Shown here piece by piece: positions 60,295 to 64,000 of a stretch of DNA of 64,000 nt (the first letter of the stretch is position 1; every line of letters starts with the position of its first letter). The notes beneath the pieces are model-generated. The model was not told the origin of the DNA, did not search any database, and saw only the letters and a program-made list of their open reading frames with translations. The position numbers and the translations under genes were made by a program. The DNA comes from Octopus bimaculoides (lineage: Eukaryota): positions 20,665,475 to 20,729,474 of the forward strand of contig NC_068988.1 in the NCBI RefSeq assembly GCF_001194135.2. Reading direction: 5' to 3'.

Positions 60295-60336
<42 letters not shown>

Positions 60337-61040
60337 CAGGGTGTCCCAAAAATAACTGATGGGTTTCAACTTTTCATAATTTCCTTAACTTTACAAAGAA
60401 ATGCATGAAATTTTGATATAATATAAAGGACATAATGGAAATTAATATGCACAAGTCAAATTTTGCAACACCACTACATCACAAATGAAAAATGACATCA
60501 CTTGAATGGTAGCCATTTTCGGATTTGCATGCCTGTACTCTTTTCAAAACTTGCACCATAACACCCTCAAGAATTTCAGACCCCACTTCTCTGATTTCTC
60601 TATTGATGTTCTCTTTCAGTTGCACCAGGGTCTCCAGTTTGTTGACGTAAACCCTCTTTTTCAGGTATCCCTGCAAGAAAAAATCTGGGCTTGTCAAGTA
60701 TGGGGAACATTGAAGGCCAGTTGACATTGGTGATGTCATTTTTCATATGTGATGTAGAGGTGTTGCAAAATTTGACTTGTGCATATTAATTTCCATTATG
60801 TCCTTTATATTGTATCAAAATTTCATTCATTTATTTGTAAGGAAGTTATTAAAAATTGAAACTCATCAGTGACTTTTGGGACACCCTGTATGATTAACTT
60901 CTTTCTGTATCCGTCAACCAAATCCACTCACAAGGCTTTGACCAGGACTATAATAGAAGACACTACCCCAAAGTGTTACGCAGGCAGACTGAAATAGAAA
61001 CCAAGTTGTTGGGAAGCAAACTTCTAACCACATTCACATC
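60055..61040 (-). mobile_element. SINE family F interrupted by the mariner-type element
   Basis: Tail half at 60055-60336 and head half at 60889-61040 flank the TA-TSD element at 60337-60888. Confidence 0.65.
60337..60888 (-). mobile_element. Internally deleted Tc1/mariner-superfamily element with about 160-bp TIRs and TA TSD
   Basis: TA|CAGGGTGTCCCAAAA...TTTTGGGACACCCTG|TA. TIRs at about 60337-60501 and 60730-60888. The interior encodes SPYLTSPDFFLQGYLKKRVYVNKLETLVQLKENI..., a transposase C-terminus of the SPDL..DFFLWGYLK..VY type. Confidence 0.9.
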
Positions 61041-61574
61041 TGCAGATAGAAAATGTGTGCAATTCCATAACATGCGCATGTGTGTGTGTGTATAACAGAG
61101 AGAGAGAGAGAGAGAGAGATAGCAAAAGTGATGGATTAAACAAGAATATCGTGTGATATCTGGCTTGTCTCATATTTCTTTATTTGATCAAGAAAGTATC
61201 AAAGTAAAAGCATCAATATAATCAATTCCAAACGCTTGAAGCCAGTGCTACAGCATGCACACTTCATTGCCTGTAACCAGTAAAAGAATAGGTAGCAAAA
61301 CTACCAAAAACTATATCTTATGCATATTTGTTCAGTTTGTAGTCAGAACACCATTCTGATCAAATGTTAGGACTAACACAGCAACTGATTCTTTTTACGC
61401 TTTTTTTCTTAAAATCTTTATAGAAGCACATTAAGTAACAACCAAAATGGTTAAAACCACCAACAGAGCTTCCATGTGGTCACTCAATCTGCTTAAAATA
61501 GTAGCCAAATCTTGCTCTAAACTAGCAAACTGTCCACTGTTTGACAAGTATTTGATTTATGGTGTTTTAACACC

Positions 61575-61962
61575 TGTTGTTGTTGTTGGCACTCTGTCGC
61601 TTACGACGTCGAGGGTTCCAGTTGATCCGATCAACGGAACAGCCTGCTCGTGAAATTAACGTGCAAGTGGCTGAGCACTCCACAGACATGTGTACCCTTA
61701 ACGTAGTTCTCGGGGATATTCAGCGTGACACAGTGTGACAAGGCTGACCCTTTGAATTACAAGCACAACAGAAACAAGAAGAGTGAGAGAAAGTTGTGGT
61801 GAAAGAGTACAGCAGGGTTTGCCACCATCCCCTGCCGGAGCCTCGTGGAGTTTTAGATGTTTTCGCTCAATAAACACTCACAATGCCCAGTCTGGGAATC
61901 GAAACCACAATCCAATAACCACGAGTCCACTGCCTTAACCACTGGGCCATTGCACCTCCACG
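61575..61962 (-). mobile_element. SINE family B, full length, with TSD
   Basis: TSD TTTTAACACC (61565-61574 and 61963-61972). Confidence 0.9.
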
Positions 61963-64000
61963 TTTTAACACCATAAATCTAATACTCAACATTGTATCTA
62001 ATCTGTCCTTCCTGGGACTTCAACTCTGACCAGGTTATTCAAACAGGCACAAATCACCAGATGTTAAAGTTAAATATCCACTCCAACTCATAAGTCTGGA
62101 AAGAGAAAAACCTAGAAAGACTCTAAGCACAGACATATTTTGGACAAAAAAAAAAAAGAAAGAAAAAGATGAGACACAGACTATATCTCCAGCATGGTAG
62201 TTGAAGATGTTACCATTTATTTGAGATGAACCATCAAACTACTAGATGAAATAAGCTAAAGGAGCTAAAAAATGGGCATTAGAATTATATTCAAAATTAA
62301 GTCTATGCTGAGAATGTGTCTGCATTTATTCTGTTTCAGAGCATATCAAATTTTCTGTCTAAAACAGAAACTGTATACATGCAAGAAAAATAATAAGATA
62401 TGGAGGGGGGACCTTCTACAACGATTATTTACCTGATTGCAGCTTTTTTGTACAAAGTTTATCTATAATACAGAAGACCATGTTGTAGTATTTAAAATGT
62501 AACATAATATACATATATACACCATTGACAGGTAAGTTACTGCAGTATGTGACCTGATATAACATCTCTTACAGGTGTGCTATTACACAGCTGAATCAAA
62601 ATCTAGTATGTACAGTGCAGCTATTTGCAATAATAGTGAATTCACTGTTTCCTATATCAGAAGTGACAAATTTCATCTGGACATGATAAGACCCAATGTA
62701 GCCGAAATGTAACTGATGGTCTTACTAGCCATTGCCAGGATGAATTTTTCATCTCCCTCTGATATATATATTGTTATTTAAAAACAGCACATTCATAAGA
62801 GATGCTATCTCTGGATGTCTATCTCAGTAACCTGCCTCTCAATGATGTACATACATTAACAATGTTACATGGATGGTTGTTTTAATTTAACACTGCTTCA
62901 ATTGCATAAACCAGATTTTTATTTTTCTAGCAAAATGTTGCATCATAATTCTGGACGACTAACAGCATCAGATCATGCTTGAAACTGTTCCATCGTCACC
63001 TTGAGTTTTACAGCACAGCAGCTAAGAGATTATATTGCCTGAGTATGAACCTCAGAACCAGCTGTTCAAACCATATTGCCATAAACATCAATGAAATAGA
63101 ACCACTTCATCCTAATAGCTGTTGAAATCATCATTATTTTTACCTTTAATTACCGATGGTGCCACAACCACCTCCAGCAAAATCAACAATGCAGCAACCA
63201 CCAACACCACCACCACCACCACCACCACCACCATCACCATCACCATCATCATCATCATCGCAATTATCACCATCATGAGTGTAATGATCATTATCACTGC
63301 CATGCCGCTGTTGCTGCCACCACCATCTTAACCAAAGGTATTTAAAACAACAAACTTGTCAGAGATATTGTCAGTAAGTTTGAGTATAAATCCTGATAAA
63401 ATTCCTACGAAGAAATGTTAAGTGTTCCCTCATTAGTTCTGCTTAATATTTTTAGTGATATCTTTTGGTTCTTTGTATTTACATTGTAGTTGATATTGTC
63501 ATAGAGGAATGGTGATATAATGCACATTTAGCCTCATGTGTGATGCATAGTTGTGTTGGTCACAATGGAATCTGAACTCAAAATGTAAAAGATTCAGAGA
63601 AGAAAAAAATGCAATACAGATTTCTTCCCCGCCTCACACTTTGATGATTATGTACATTCCTATTTTTTTACTGCCCACAAGGGGCTACACACAGAGGGGA
63701 CAAACAAGGACATACAAACAGATTAAGTACGAGCCAAACACTGGGGTTGATATAATTGATTTAGCCCATCCCCCGAAATTGCTGGCCCTGTGCCAAAATT
63801 ATAATATTATTATTATTTCACCGAGGTCAACTTTGCCTTTCCTCCTTTTGGAGTCGATGAAGCACAAGGGTCAACTAGCATCCTCTCCCAAATTTCAGGC
63901 CTTGTACAGAGAGAAGAAATTATTATTATTGGGGAGGAAGAGGAGGAGGAGGAGGAAGAGGAGGAGGAGGAAGCGGAGGAGGAGGAGGAGGAAGAGGAGG

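Overview
This is AT-rich, microsatellite- and SINE-dense animal genomic DNA from a gapped draft scaffold with 18 N-runs. It is most likely an octopod or other coleoid cephalopod, which I infer from repeat style and a protostome-type kinase sequence. The only host gene I can support is an Abl-family non-receptor tyrosine kinase on the minus strand. Four consecutive, phase-compatible GT-AG exons are present (27151-27346, 17529-17605, 13354-13438, 5499-5676) and encode the end of SH2 through the kinase domain up to the HR of HRD. Everything else appears to be Abl intron, filled with transposable elements. These include a Tx1/L1-type LINE remnant, R4/Dong-type LINE remnants, mariner, hAT and piggyBac-like MITEs, a non-autonomous Helitron, a Penelope-like terminus with a minimal hammerhead-ribozyme fold, and about seven interspersed short-repeat families that swap heads, cores and tails (labelled A, B, C, D, F, G, H here; the labels are mine). 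I found no CRISPR array, rRNA, true tRNA or clearly novel protein-coding system. Most short ORFs in the track are microsatellite, SINE or N-gap artefacts. The best leads are the hammerhead-like motif, the modular SINE network, inverted SINE pairs bracketing kinase exons, and an apparent shared SINE target site.
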